A stretch of DNA of 64,000 nucleotides from Candidatus Micrarchaeota archaeon (lineage in GTDB: Archaea > Micrarchaeota > Micrarchaeia > Anstonellales > Bilamarchaeaceae): assembly GCA_037447235.1 (NCBI GenBank), contig JBBIHC010000003.1, positions 17,513 through 81,512 on the forward strand. The letters are read 5' to 3'. The notes below the pieces were generated by a model. That model saw only the letters and a list, made by a program, of their open reading frames with translations, ran no database searches and was not told the origin of the DNA. A program made the translations under genes and the position numbers. Below, one piece after another: positions 1-9,848 of this stretch; the stretch's first letter is position 1; each line of letters starts with the position of its first letter.

Positions 1-283
1 AAGGGAGATAGGCGTGCTGAAGGCCATGGGCGCCACTGAAAAGGATATCCTGCTGATATTTATCATAGAGAGCGTGCTGATAGGGCTGATAGGGGGCTTG
101 ATAGGCCTGGCTTTGTCTTATATAATTCTGCAGGTAGCCGAAGTCTTTGGCGTGCCGGTTTGGCTCAGCCCAAATGTGATATTGACCGCTGTTGTTTTCT
201 CAATGCTGGTCGGCGCCATTGCCGGCGCGGTGCCGGCAAGGCGGGCCGCGGCCCTTGACCCGGTGGAAGCGCTCAGGAGCTAA
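1..283 (+). CDS. ABC-transporter permease, FtsX-like family, C-terminal fragment (5' end lies outside the window)
   Basis: Hydrophobic C-terminal TM segment ending in ...AVPARRAAALDPVEALRS, the typical FtsX/MacB/LolE C-terminus. The ORF is open at the window start. Confidence 0.55.
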   Translation, partial: REIGVLKAMGATEKDILLIFIIESVLIGLIGGLIGLALSYIILQVAEVFGVPVWLSPNVILTAVVFSMLVGAIAGAVPARRAAALDPVEALRS

Positions 284-311
284 TTTTAATTTTATGCTTT
301 AAAAAATAGTT

Positions 312-1076
312 ATGCGGATAAGGATTTTCATAGACAAAAGCGTTAATGAGAATGCGGCGTATTATTACGAGCTTGCGAAGGAAGCGAGGAAAAAAGCCGA
401 GAAAACCGGGCAGGCGATAAAGGAGACGATAAAGGCAATAGAAAAGGCGGAAAAAGGCAAAAAAGAAAAAAAGGTGCGAATGAAGAAAAGGAAGGAATGG
501 TACGAGACGTTTCACCATTTTTTTACTTCCGGCGGGAGGCTGGCTGTCGGCGGGAGGACTGCGCAGCAAAACGACCTGGTTTTCAAAAAGCACATGGATG
601 AGGATGACCTGTTTTTCCACGCAGACATACAGGGGGGCTCCGCAGTGATACTAAAAGACGGGCTGCATGCCGGAGAGGAAGAACTGCTTGAGGCTGCGCA
701 GTTTGCGGCTAGTTTTTCAAACGCGTGGAAGAATGGAAATGCTTCTGTGGATGTCTATGCAGTAAGAAAAGGGCAGATAGCGAAGCACGCCCAGGGAGGG
801 TATGTGGCGGCAGGCGCCTTTGCGATAACAGGGGATAGAAGATGGTTCAAGAATGTCCAGCTCGGCCTCAGGATAGTGGCTGAGGAAGGTGCTGCGAAGG
901 CAGTGCCGCTCCTTCACAAGAAAAAGTTCGGGAGGGAGGCAGCGGTTTACCCTTCAAAGGGCGGGAAGGAAAAGGGGGAAACGGCAAGATTCCTGTCGCG
1001 AATCCTGGGTGCTGAAGAACAAGAGATAGCGAGCATCCTGCCATCCGGCAAGACGATTGTGAAAAAAACTAGCTAA
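312..1076 (+). CDS. NFACT-R (DUF814) domain protein with K/E-rich coiled-coil N-terminus (CCDC25-like)
   Basis: K/E-rich N-terminal region followed by the block DDLFFHADIQGGSAVILKDG, which resembles the NFACT-R/DUF814 core (HA-x-x-GS-x-V-I-L). Confidence 0.4.
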   Translation: MRIRIFIDKSVNENAAYYYELAKEARKKAEKTGQAIKETIKAIEKAEKGKKEKKVRMKKRKEWYETFHHFFTSGGRLAVGGRTAQQNDLVFKKHMDEDDLFFHADIQGGSAVILKDGLHAGEEELLEAAQFAASFSNAWKNGNASVDVYAVRKGQIAKHAQGGYVAAGAFAITGDRRWFKNVQLGLRIVAEEGAAKAVPLLHKKKFGREAAVYPSKGGKEKGETARFLSRILGAEEQEIASILPSGKTIVKKTS

Positions 1077-1100
1077 ATCCTCACATTTTTAATTGGTTTT

Positions 1101-2615
1101 TTGCAACTACCTATCGTGAAACAGATTCCCCGCGCTTATCAGCTGGCAATATTCAATTCAATAATGGAAAAAGGAAACACCCTAGTCGTACTGCCGACCG
1201 GCATGGGAAAAACGCTGATAGCGCTGATGGCGATTGAAAAAATGCGCAAAAAGGGCAGGTGCCTGATGCTCACGCCAACAAAGCCACTCGCAAAGCAGCA
1301 TTATGAAAACATAAAGGAAATACTTGAAGCGGGCGATGACGAGATAGAACTTATGACGGGCGACAAGCCGGCAGAGAAAAGGGCGGAGCTTTACAAAAAG
1401 GGCATAATCGTTGCTACGCCACAGACAATAGCGAATGACCTGGAAAATAAGATCGCGCCGCGCGATTTCGTTCTTGTTGTTTTTGACGAATGCCACCGGG
1501 CGGTGGGAGATTACGCGTATGTCAAAATAGCTGCCGCGCTCAAAGGCGCGCTCGCAATCGGGATGACTGCTTCCCCCGGCGGAAAAAAAGAAAGAATCGC
1601 GGAAGTGCTTGGCAACCTCGGCATAAAGAACATAGAGATAAGGACGAGCGAGGACCCGGATGTCGCCCCTTACATAAAGAAAAGCACGATAAGATGGATT
1701 CCGGTGGACCTCTCCCCCACGCTGAGAAAAATAAAGGCGACGCTTGACACGCTCGCGAAAAGGTATTCGCAGGAACTGGCTGCGCTCGGGTTTCCGCCGC
1801 CGCTAAGGCACAAGGGGCTGTTCATGCAGCTTGGCGAGAGGATACGCGCAACAAGCGGCGGAAGAAAATTCCCTGCAATGCTGAAATACTACGCGCTGCT
1901 CAATGTCTTGCATCTTTCAGAGCTCCTTGAGACGCAGGGCGTCCACGCGATGCGTAGTTATCTGGAAAGGCTTGGCGAAAAAGACGGCAAGTCGGTCAAA
2001 ATGCTTCTGAAAACCCCGGAAATAACCGAGATAAAAAAAATAATCTATACCAGCGATGAGGAGCACCCGAAACTGGGCAAGATGGTTGAGCTGCTCCGCT
2101 CGCTTGGCGGAAAGAAAATAATAGTGTTCGCCCAGTACCGGGACCAGATAAGGAAAATCGAAGAGGTAGTGAAAGCAGCGGGCATACCGGCAAGGCAGTT
2201 TGTCGGCAGGAAAGAAGGAGTAACAAGGAAACAGCAGGAGGAAACAATAGCAGAATTCCGAGATGACAAATTCAAAGTGCTTATCTCAACAAGCATCGGC
2301 GAGGAGGGGCTGGACATACCGAAGGTAGACGCTGTGGTGTTCTACGAGCCGATACCGAGTGAGATAAGAAGCATACAACGAAGAGGGCGGGCGGCAAGGC
2401 TCAAGGAGGGGGAGGTTTACATACTAATGACGCGCGGCACGCGAGACGAGTATTACTACTGGGCTTCGGTAAGCCGCGAAAGAAAAATGAAGCAGATACT
2501 TTACGCACTGCAGGCAAGGATAGCCAGGGAAAATGCCGGAAATGGAAATGCTGTGAGAAATCCTGGCGCCGGAAGAAGGCAGGCCGGCCAAACGAAGATA
2601 ACGTCATTCACCTGA
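1101..2615 (+). CDS. hef: Hef/FANCM-like SF2 helicase, helicase domains only (no ERCC4 nuclease domain)
   Basis: PRAYQ...LVVLPTGMGKT (motif I), DECH (motif II) and a C-terminal helicase domain (QRRGRAAR), matching the Hef/Mph1-type arrangement. TTG start at 1101 (track); GTG at 1116 is an alternative; exact start uncertain. Confidence 0.75.
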   Translation: MQLPIVKQIPRAYQLAIFNSIMEKGNTLVVLPTGMGKTLIALMAIEKMRKKGRCLMLTPTKPLAKQHYENIKEILEAGDDEIELMTGDKPAEKRAELYKKGIIVATPQTIANDLENKIAPRDFVLVVFDECHRAVGDYAYVKIAAALKGALAIGMTASPGGKKERIAEVLGNLGIKNIEIRTSEDPDVAPYIKKSTIRWIPVDLSPTLRKIKATLDTLAKRYSQELAALGFPPPLRHKGLFMQLGERIRATSGGRKFPAMLKYYALLNVLHLSELLETQGVHAMRSYLERLGEKDGKSVKMLLKTPEITEIKKIIYTSDEEHPKLGKMVELLRSLGGKKIIVFAQYRDQIRKIEEVVKAAGIPARQFVGRKEGVTRKQQEETIAEFRDDKFKVLISTSIGEEGLDIPKVDAVVFYEPIPSEIRSIQRRGRAARLKEGEVYILMTRGTRDEYYYWASVSRERKMKQILYALQARIARENAGNGNAVRNPGAGRRQAGQTKITSFT

Positions 2616-3768
2616 GGTTCCTCAGGAATTTTATCTCATCCTCTTCAAGAAGGTAAAACTCTTCCAAAATTTCCGGCTTCATTTCAGCGAGCACCGGAAA
2701 GTACAAACTCGCCTCTTTCGCATTCGCATGCACCACCCTGCCGACCTTCAACCCTATGCTTTTCAGCATCGCCCTTGTTGCAACACTGGCACCCATCTTT
2801 CTCAGATAAGCCGGAAACTGGTATTTTGTAAACTTCCTGTATGGCTGGCTCTTGGCCAGCGCCACGCCTGCGCTCATAAGGTCCAGGGCGTACTTGAGCA
2901 TGACCCAGCTTCCGCTTCCGGTCCTTCCGAAAAATATGTCAGAGCGCGACAGCCAGAAAAATGCCCTTGCGATGTCCCTTTTATCTTCATATTCCTCAGG
3001 AATGTTTTCTTCTATCCACAGGTTAAGCAGCTCATAATCCACATCGCCCTTAAGGGCTTCGCGGGCTTCTGCATATGTTGAGGATTTGAACACGCTCCTG
3101 ACGCGCCAGAAGATATCCGCTTCGCGCTCCCTGACGCTCGGCCTTGCGGCCTGCAGGTCTATCAATGCCGAACGCACATCGCCGTTTGAGTTTTCAGCAA
3201 GTGCATCAAGCTCTTTGTCACTTATCGCAAGCTTTTCCTTTTTGGCAATTTCCGCAAGCAGCTTTCTTATCGAGGCCCTACCCACCTTCTTGAATTCTAT
3301 ACGCTCGCATTCCGCCCTTATCGGCGCCAGCTTCTTGTCCCAGATGTCGGTTGCGGTAAGCAGAACCGGGCAATTGGCTTCCTTCAGCGTCTTCACGACC
3401 GCGCCCAGCCCGCCGGTGTCTTTTTTTCCTATGAAGATGTCGACATCGTCTATCAGTATCAGGCGCTTTTTTCCGCTAAGCGTGCCTGTCCCAGAGGCGG
3501 TAAAAACGATGTGCTCCACCCTTTCCCTGTTCCTGAGATCGCTTGCACCCATCTCCATTATTTCAAGGCCGTACTGGGTGGCGATGGCGTGGGCGATGCT
3601 TGTCTTGCCGACGCCCGGCGGCCCGTAAACAAGAATCGGCTTCCTCCTGTTCCCCGCAACCCAGTTCAGGATCCATCGTCTTATGGCTTCCTTCGCCTCA
3701 TCGTTGCCTATTGATTCCTCTATCTTCCGCGGCGAATACTTGTCCGTAAAAAGCTCCGCCCTTTCCAT
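2608..3768 (-). CDS. rfcL: Replication factor C large subunit
   Basis: LFTDKYSPRKIEESIGNDEAKEAIRRWI..., P-loop ILVYGPPGVGKTS, DEAD-like LILIDDVD, clamp-loader arrangement. Likely start MERAELF at 3768; the track ORF runs to 3792. Confidence 0.85.
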   Translation of the reverse strand: MERAELFTDKYSPRKIEESIGNDEAKEAIRRWILNWVAGNRRKPILVYGPPGVGKTSIAHAIATQYGLEIMEMGASDLRNRERVEHIVFTASGTGTLSGKKRLILIDDVDIFIGKKDTGGLGAVVKTLKEANCPVLLTATDIWDKKLAPIRAECERIEFKKVGRASIRKLLAEIAKKEKLAISDKELDALAENSNGDVRSALIDLQAARPSVREREADIFWRVRSVFKSSTYAEAREALKGDVDYELLNLWIEENIPEEYEDKRDIARAFFWLSRSDIFFGRTGSGSWVMLKYALDLMSAGVALAKSQPYRKFTKYQFPAYLRKMGASVATRAMLKSIGLKVGRVVHANAKEASLYFPVLAEMKPEILEEFYLLEEDEIKFLRNLR

Positions 3769-3785
3769 CAAAAGCACCTGAAAAA

Positions 3786-5531
3786 TCACCACACTGATTT
3801 GCCAACGATCTTTTTTATTTCCTCCAGCAGCTCTTTTTCCTCTTCATTCAGGATGCTCATATTCTTAGCCCACACGTCAAAATCGTCCTTTGTCATGTAA
3901 GTGTATAATATGTCGCCTTCTTTGGCATCCTTGCCAAGCACGATTGAATCGCAGGACAGCGCGACCTCCATCCCCCTGTCCGCCTTTTCCAGTTTTGTCT
4001 TCTCGTGCTGTATCTCCCTCACTTCGCCTATGACTTCACCGCTGCTGTTGATTAGTCTCGTTTCAGGCTTCAGCGAACCCCGCAGCACCTTTATGCCGAA
4101 AATAGCCGGCTTGCACATCCTGAAGCAGCAGCCCGGAAGGATCCTGATTTCTGCCGGCCAGGGCAGTTTTGCCCATGCGCCCTTCTTGCTTTCTTCCTTC
4201 GCGCCTGCCACCCATTTCTGGTAATTCTCCACTGTCTTGTATATTATGTCGCTCGTCAGGATTGGTATTCTTTTGTTTTGCGCTTCCGCGATTGCGTCAT
4301 CCATTGCGTAGACATTGAACCCGAGGACCGCTCCAAGATATCTGTCTTCGGCAGAGACTATCTCCGCTTCCAGCACGTCCTTTCTTGTTATTTTCCCTAT
4401 GCCTGCCGCCTTCACTGGTATTTTGTCTTCGGACAGGAGCCGCATCAGCGCTTCAAGAGAGCCAAGGCTGTCGGCCTTGACCACAACTCCCAGCTCGCCC
4501 CTTGTGAATATGATGTTCTTGTACAATCGCTCAAACTTGGCCATTTCTTCGCTGCCTTGAACAACGCTCTCAATCGGGGAGCCGCATATAGCTTCCTCAA
4601 GGTCCGGCGCGAGCAACCTGATGCCTGCGGCAGCCGCCACGGCATCTGCCTGCATATATTTTTCCTTCCCCCCCATGATGTTTGGCATAAGAAGCCCCCT
4701 TATTCTTGTCTTCTTCACGCCGTTCAGTGCAAGATAGAAGACCTCGTCGCCCTTCTTGAAAACGCCGTCATAGAGAATGACATCGGCGACTGTTCCAAGC
4801 CCTTTTTCCTCCTTTATCTCCATTATGCTTCCCTTGCCTGCGCCGTTTTCATCCATCTCAAGCTTCCCTTCAAGGAATTTTTGGCTGAGACCGGCTATCA
4901 GCATCAGAAGCTCACCCAGCCCTTCTTTCGTTTTCGCGCTCACCGGAATTATTGCGACCTGCTTGCGGAAGTCGCTTACCCTGTCAAACCGCTCGCAGTC
5001 AAACCCGTACTCTGAAAGCTTTCCCATGAGGCCGTAGATCTTTTCATCCAGCCTTTGTTCTACGTATGGGGGCTGACGCGAAAGCGATTGCAGAAATGAC
5101 GCAGTGTCCTGCTCCTTCCAGCCGTTTATCAGGTCTATCTTGTTTGCCGCAATGACAAAAGGTGTTTTGTATTCCTTGAGTATTTTCAGGCTCTCTATCG
5201 TCTGCGGCTGGAACCCTTGGGCAACATCAACAACCAGAATGGCAATATCAGCTATGCTTCCGCCCCTGTCCCTCAAGTTCGTGAATGCCTCATGGCCCGG
5301 AGTATCTATGAAAAGCAGTCCTGGGATTTTCAGGTTAAAGTTAAGACTTCCCTTCAGATCCGCGGCAAGCTCCAGAATGTCCTCTTTCTTTACATAACTC
5401 GCGCCTATCATCTGCGTTATCCCGCCCGCCTCCTTTGATGCCACGCGAGAGCCGCGTATGGAATCAAGTAGCGATGTCTTTCCGTGGTCGACATGGCCTA
5501 AAACGCAAACTATCGGCGAGCGGATGAGCAT
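3786..5531 (-). CDS. infB: Translation initiation factor aIF5B (IF-2 homolog)
   Basis: RSPIVCVLGHVDHGKTSLLD G1 motif, DTPGH, NKID, followed by aIF5B-type domains II-IV; 581 aa. Confidence 0.9.
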   Translation of the reverse strand: MLIRSPIVCVLGHVDHGKTSLLDSIRGSRVASKEAGGITQMIGASYVKKEDILELAADLKGSLNFNLKIPGLLFIDTPGHEAFTNLRDRGGSIADIAILVVDVAQGFQPQTIESLKILKEYKTPFVIAANKIDLINGWKEQDTASFLQSLSRQPPYVEQRLDEKIYGLMGKLSEYGFDCERFDRVSDFRKQVAIIPVSAKTKEGLGELLMLIAGLSQKFLEGKLEMDENGAGKGSIMEIKEEKGLGTVADVILYDGVFKKGDEVFYLALNGVKKTRIRGLLMPNIMGGKEKYMQADAVAAAAGIRLLAPDLEEAICGSPIESVVQGSEEMAKFERLYKNIIFTRGELGVVVKADSLGSLEALMRLLSEDKIPVKAAGIGKITRKDVLEAEIVSAEDRYLGAVLGFNVYAMDDAIAEAQNKRIPILTSDIIYKTVENYQKWVAGAKEESKKGAWAKLPWPAEIRILPGCCFRMCKPAIFGIKVLRGSLKPETRLINSSGEVIGEVREIQHEKTKLEKADRGMEVALSCDSIVLGKDAKEGDILYTYMTKDDFDVWAKNMSILNEEEKELLEEIKKIVGKSVW

Positions 5532-5570
5532 GAATGGGATTTAACCTATTTTGGATTATAAACATTTCTG

Positions 5571-7286
5571 TTATTGGATCCCAAAAACTGGAAGCAGCCT
5601 GAAAGCCGCGGCGCCAAGCGCAATGGCGAAGGCGATTTCAAAAACCGTGACAAGAAGCGCCTTTTTCCACCCGAATTCATTTGCCAGCGCGGCAATCGTC
5701 GCGGCGCACGGAATGTAGAAAATCGTGACTACGGTCAGGACGAGCATCTGCAAGGGAGTAAGCACATCGCCGAAATTTTCCGTGCCAAGCAGCGCGGCGA
5801 GAAGCACGATGACAAGCTCTTTCCTGAGAAAACCGACAACGAATGTTATGCCGACGATGGCAGGCAATCCGAGCAAGCCAACAGTTATCGGAGAAAGAAA
5901 ACCAGAGATCGGCGCGAGAAAGCCGAGAAAGTCAAGCGTGTTTATTGCAAATGTTGAAACGATTATTATCGGAAAAGCGATTAAGATGAACTGCCTTATC
6001 TGGAGAAAAGCGCGCCTCATTATTGAGAGGATATCGGGCACATTGTATGAGGGCATGCTCATTATAAGGCCCGTTGATTTTTTTATCACGAGCCTTGAAA
6101 TCAACAATCCCAGAACAAATATGACAAGAAAGTTGAAAGCGTATAAACCAAGAACCCACCAAAAGCCCATAAACGCGCCCACGAGCGCAAGTATGACGAC
6201 GCTCCTTGCAGCGCAGGGTATCATGGTGGCAAGCAGGGCGGTGAGAAAGCGCTGCTCGTGGGATTCCATTATCCTGCATCCGATGCACGCCGGAACAGAG
6301 CACCCGTAGCCGAGAAAAAGAGGGATGAAGGCTTTGCCGTGCAACCCGATTTTGTGCATAAGGCCATCGGTAAGAAACGCTATCCTTGGAAGATAGCCTG
6401 AGTCCTCCAGAATAGCAAGAAATACGTAGAACGGCAACAGGTATGGGATGGCGATTGTAATGCCTGCCACTATGCCTTCAACAACCGCCTTCCAGAAAAA
6501 AGCGAAAAACCAGTTGGAGGAGATTTCCTGCGGAACAGCCTGCTTAAGATGCCGCATCACTTCAAGAATGAACGCGGAGGTTGCATCGCCCAAAGTGAAA
6601 ATGAAAAAGAACATCGCGGCGAGCGCGAGGACAAGAAAAACATAGCCGAGCTGCTCGTGAAGCAGAATGGAGTCGAGCTTTTCAGAAAAAGGTTTTTCCA
6701 CTGGCTTTTCTTTCTGGCACCTGCCCACAATGCGATGGATATAGTCATAGCGCTCTGAAATTTTTTTTGGGGAGCCGGCCGGGGGTTTTTGTTTTCCTGC
6801 CTTTTTCCTGTACGCGGCATTAATGCTTTTTATCATAACCTGCTCTATTCCCTTGCCCTGTGTCGCAACAGTTGGCACTACAGGCACGCCAAGAACTTCT
6901 GAAAGCTTCCTTGCATCTATTTCTCTTCCTTTCTTGCGCGCAACATCAATCTTGTTAAGGGCGATGACGACATTGGCACCAAGCTCAAGGAGCTGAAGCG
7001 TCAGGAAGAGGCTTTGCTCAAGAGAAGATGCATCAATTATATTTATCACAACATCCGGCTTTTCTTTTTTTATGAAATCTCTTGATATTTGCTCTTCCTG
7101 CGAAAATGCGTACAGGGAATACGCCCCGGGCAGGTCTATTATGCGCACATGCTTTCCTATGAAATTAAGCCTGCCTTCGAACTTCTCAACAGTCTTGCCC
7201 GGCCAGTTACCAACGTGCTGGCTTTCGCCGGTCAGCTGGTTGAAAATAACTGATTTCCCGGCATTCGGATTTCCGGCAAGCGCCAT
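5571..7286 (-). CDS. feoB: Ferrous iron transporter FeoB
   Basis: N-terminal G-domain (ALAGNPNAGKS, DLPG, NKID) followed by a polytopic permease domain with gate-motif-like segments. Stop/start overlaps the upstream DtxR-FeoA gene. Confidence 0.9.
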   Translation of the reverse strand: MALAGNPNAGKSVIFNQLTGESQHVGNWPGKTVEKFEGRLNFIGKHVRIIDLPGAYSLYAFSQEEQISRDFIKKEKPDVVINIIDASSLEQSLFLTLQLLELGANVVIALNKIDVARKKGREIDARKLSEVLGVPVVPTVATQGKGIEQVMIKSINAAYRKKAGKQKPPAGSPKKISERYDYIHRIVGRCQKEKPVEKPFSEKLDSILLHEQLGYVFLVLALAAMFFFIFTLGDATSAFILEVMRHLKQAVPQEISSNWFFAFFWKAVVEGIVAGITIAIPYLLPFYVFLAILEDSGYLPRIAFLTDGLMHKIGLHGKAFIPLFLGYGCSVPACIGCRIMESHEQRFLTALLATMIPCAARSVVILALVGAFMGFWWVLGLYAFNFLVIFVLGLLISRLVIKKSTGLIMSMPSYNVPDILSIMRRAFLQIRQFILIAFPIIIVSTFAINTLDFLGFLAPISGFLSPITVGLLGLPAIVGITFVVGFLRKELVIVLLAALLGTENFGDVLTPLQMLVLTVVTIFYIPCAATIAALANEFGWKKALLVTVFEIAFAIALGAAAFRLLPVFGIQ

Positions 7287-7300
7287 CAAAATTTCTTCCA

Positions 7301-7897
7301 TCATATGACCTCGACATATATCTTCTCTGCGATTCCCCTGCCTATGGCAATCTCGCAGCCCCTTGCGCGCAACTTTATCGGGCAGCCATATTTTGACATC
7401 TGCAAGACTTCGACAACGGTGCCTTCTGTAAGACCAAGCTCCATCACCCTTATCAACGCCTCCCTGCCGCCTGCGATGTATGCAATTCTTCCTTTCTGGC
7501 CTGCGTGCAGGCTGCAGAGCGGTTTTGCGGTTTTTGCAGAAGCAGCCATTTCAAAAGCGCGCTCAGCCTCTTTTGAGAGTGCGTGTTCAAGCGCGCAAGC
7601 GTCCTTATGCGCCTTTCTCCTTCCCAGACCGAACTTGATAAGGAAATCCTCGAGCAGACGATGCTTCCTGAGCATAGCTTTCCCGGCATCTTCGCCTTTA
7701 TCCGTAAGAACCGCGCCCTTGTAGGGGACAACTTCCACGAAGCCCATGCGCTCAAGCTTTTTCAGCATCTCGCTCACGCTTGCAGGCGAAACCGAAAGCT
7801 CCCTCGCGATGCCTGTTGTTGTTATCTTCTCGCCCTTCTGCTTTTTCCTGTACATTATTTCAAGATATTCCTCAATCTGCCTTCTTTCAAGCGCCAT
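7301..7897 (-). CDS. DtxR/MntR-family metal-dependent repressor fused to a C-terminal FeoA (SH3-like) domain
   Basis: wHTH ITTTGIARELSVSPASVSEMLKKLERMGFV, a DtxR dimerisation region, then LHAGQKGRIAYIAG...ELGLTEGTVVEV, which is FeoA-like. Likely start MALERRQ at 7897 (alternative MPKHF at 7912). Confidence 0.75.
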   Translation of the reverse strand: MALERRQIEEYLEIMYRKKQKGEKITTTGIARELSVSPASVSEMLKKLERMGFVEVVPYKGAVLTDKGEDAGKAMLRKHRLLEDFLIKFGLGRRKAHKDACALEHALSKEAERAFEMAASAKTAKPLCSLHAGQKGRIAYIAGGREALIRVMELGLTEGTVVEVLQMSKYGCPIKLRARGCEIAIGRGIAEKIYVEVI

Positions 7898-7932
7898 AAA
7901 ATGTTTAGGCATGCCTAAATTTAATAAATGTA

Positions 7933-8030
7933 ACGGAAGGGCAGAGATGCGGAAGCTATAAAAACATAGGCGCCAAGTTATATGTACGGCCTTCCGTATA
8001 ATTTTTTTGACAAGTATGCTGTGCGGAAGT
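7933..8030. promoter_or_regulatory. Cluster of CGGAAG repeats with inverted copy (candidate operator) upstream of the dtxR-feoB operon
   Basis: ACGGAAGG at 7933-7940, its reverse complement CCTTCCGT at 7990-7997, and further CGGAAG copies at about 7951 and about 8024, all within 120 bp 5' of the repressor gene. Confidence 0.2.
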
Positions 8031-8062
8031 ACAGATTCCACGGAATATCGCACAAGTATGTA

Positions 8063-8365
8063 TCAGGAAGGGCTGATGAAATCCTTGGAAAGAAAAAATC
8101 TGACCTGATAACCTGCCATCTTGGGGCAGGCTCGAGCATAATAGTTGCTTGAGCTCCAGTGGAAGCCCTCAATCTTAATTGGCTCCTTCGCGAAGTTCTT
8201 CCTTGCCTCGCTTTCCGAGCTTATTATGTATGCTGATGCGCCGTCAACGGTATTAAGCGCGCTTTTCACCCTTGTCGGCCATGCAAGGAACCCCATAAAA
8301 GCCATGCAGGCAAGAAATATAAGCGTTTCGGGTTTTTCGGCAAATGCTCCGCAACGCGCATCCAT
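8063..8365 (-). CDS. Hypothetical small protein (possible membrane/secreted)
   Basis: 100-aa ORF in a 360-nt gap that is otherwise gene-free, with one hydrophobic stretch ([16 protein letters not shown]). No recognisable motifs. Confidence 0.2.
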   Translation of the reverse strand: MDARCGAFAEKPETLIFLACMAFMGFLAWPTRVKSALNTVDGASAYIISSESEARKNFAKEPIKIEGFHWSSSNYYARACPKMAGYQVRFFLSKDFISPS

Positions 8366-8421
8366 TCTTAAATCGCTTTTTAAATGTTTTCAAAGTTATT
8401 AGAATAAAAGAGGTGTAGAAT

Positions 8422-9126
8422 ATGTATGGAGTGTCACCGCAGGCTTATGACAGAGCGATAACCGTCTTCAGCCCGGACGGCAGGCTGTTTCAGGTTGAGT
8501 ATGCCAAAGAGGCGGTAAAAAGAGGCGCAACCGCGATAGGGATATGCGCAAAAGACAGCGTGGTCTTTGTCGCATCAAAGGCAATCCATTCAAAACTCAT
8601 AGTAACCGGCTCTCTAAAAAAGATTTTTGAAGTTGACGAGCATGTCGCGGTAACTGCAAGCGGGCTGATCGCGGACGCAAGAAGGCTGGTGGAAACCGCA
8701 AGGGTGGAAGCGCAGCGCCACAGGATAACCTATAATGAGCCGGCTTCTGTTGAGACGATTGCCAAGAGCGTCGGCGACCTGCTGCAGATTTACACGCAAT
8801 ACGGCGGCATAAGGCCGTTCGGCGTTTCCCTGCTTATAGGCGGCGTGGATGCGAGCAAAAAGCCGGAATTGTATGAAGCCGAGCCAAGCGGTGCGATGAC
8901 TGCTTATCATGCGGATTCCATAGGCTCGGCAAAAAAAGAGGTTGACGAGTACATGGAAAAAAAATACAGGCAGGACATGACGACCGAAGAGGCGATAAAA
9001 CTTGCTGTTGACGCCCTAAAAAAGACAGAAGAAGGCAGCACAAACCTTGAAATCGCATACATCCCGGTAAGCACTGCAAAATACACGCCATTAAGCGAAA
9101 AGGAAATAGCAAAATACCTCAAATAA
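8422..9126 (+). CDS. psmA: Proteasome alpha subunit
   Basis: YDRAITVFSPDGRLFQVEYA N-terminal signature; 234 aa. Confidence 0.9.
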   Translation: MYGVSPQAYDRAITVFSPDGRLFQVEYAKEAVKRGATAIGICAKDSVVFVASKAIHSKLIVTGSLKKIFEVDEHVAVTASGLIADARRLVETARVEAQRHRITYNEPASVETIAKSVGDLLQIYTQYGGIRPFGVSLLIGGVDASKKPELYEAEPSGAMTAYHADSIGSAKKEVDEYMEKKYRQDMTTEEAIKLAVDALKKTEEGSTNLEIAYIPVSTAKYTPLSEKEIAKYLK

Positions 9127-9128
9127 AG

Positions 9129-9806
9129 CTATTGGCTGACGACAGTGCCGCTGTGTTTTTTTCCTTTTATTGCGCTTTCTATTTCCTTCATGTCCTTTGA
9201 GACAAAATGAGCCTCTATCCTGCTCCTGCCAAGCAGCCGGCAGGCGAGCATGTCAAAAACGAAATTAGTGCCGGCCAGCCTCCTGTCTGAAGCGGCGCCG
9301 AGTGCTGCAAGCTCATCGTAGGTCATTCTCTCAAATTTTCTGGCATTCGGGTTTTTCCGCGGATCGCTGTCGTAAATGCCGCTGATGCTGCTTATGTTAA
9401 CCAGCCTTTTCGCGCCCATCGCCTCAGCAAGCAGGACTGCATCGGTGTCCGTGGTTATGCCGGGGATGGTGCCGCCCATGACGATGACCCGCGACGAGCA
9501 CGCGGCTTTTTTTGCATCAGTGAAATCAGTAAGCACGGCCGGATGGGCTATGTCGCGCATCGCCTCAAGCAAAAGAAGCGCGTTTTGCCTTGTTGACATT
9601 ATCGCTATTTCATCGGCATTGAACTCAGATGCACCAAGCTCGCGGGCAGCTGCCGCATAGAGCCTTGCTACGCTGCCGCCTCCCGCAACGATTCCCAATT
9701 TTTCTTCTGATTTCCTGATGATGCCGGCAATGCCGGCGATAAATTTTACATCCGGCCTGCCTTCCGGGTTGACACAGCTTCCGCCGATAGATAGAACAAC
9801 TGCCAT
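9129..9806 (-). CDS. pyrH: Uridylate (UMP) kinase, archaeal type (amino-acid kinase fold)
   Basis: VLSIGGS N-terminal motif, GGGSVAR, TTDTDAV; about 225 aa, typical of archaeal PyrH. Confidence 0.7.
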   Translation of the reverse strand: MAVVLSIGGSCVNPEGRPDVKFIAGIAGIIRKSEEKLGIVAGGGSVARLYAAAARELGASEFNADEIAIMSTRQNALLLLEAMRDIAHPAVLTDFTDAKKAACSSRVIVMGGTIPGITTDTDAVLLAEAMGAKRLVNISSISGIYDSDPRKNPNARKFERMTYDELAALGAASDRRLAGTNFVFDMLACRLLGRSRIEAHFVSKDMKEIESAIKGKKHSGTVVSQ

Positions 9807-9848
9807 TTATTCACCTGAGTCGTATTAACAATTAAGGTTAAAATTACT

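Noticed and set aside
3086-3628. 180-aa plus-strand ORF inside rfcL
   Set aside because: Antisense to RFC large subunit. Ser-rich low complexity.
4278-5015. 245-aa plus-strand ORF (and several shorter ones) inside 3786..5531
   Set aside because: Antisense to the well-supported aIF5B gene.
8145-8402. 85-aa plus-strand ORF in the dtxR-psmA spacer
   Set aside because: Overlaps the equally weak minus-strand ORF 8063..8365 and has no motifs. At most one of them is real; the minus-strand one is reported at low confidence.
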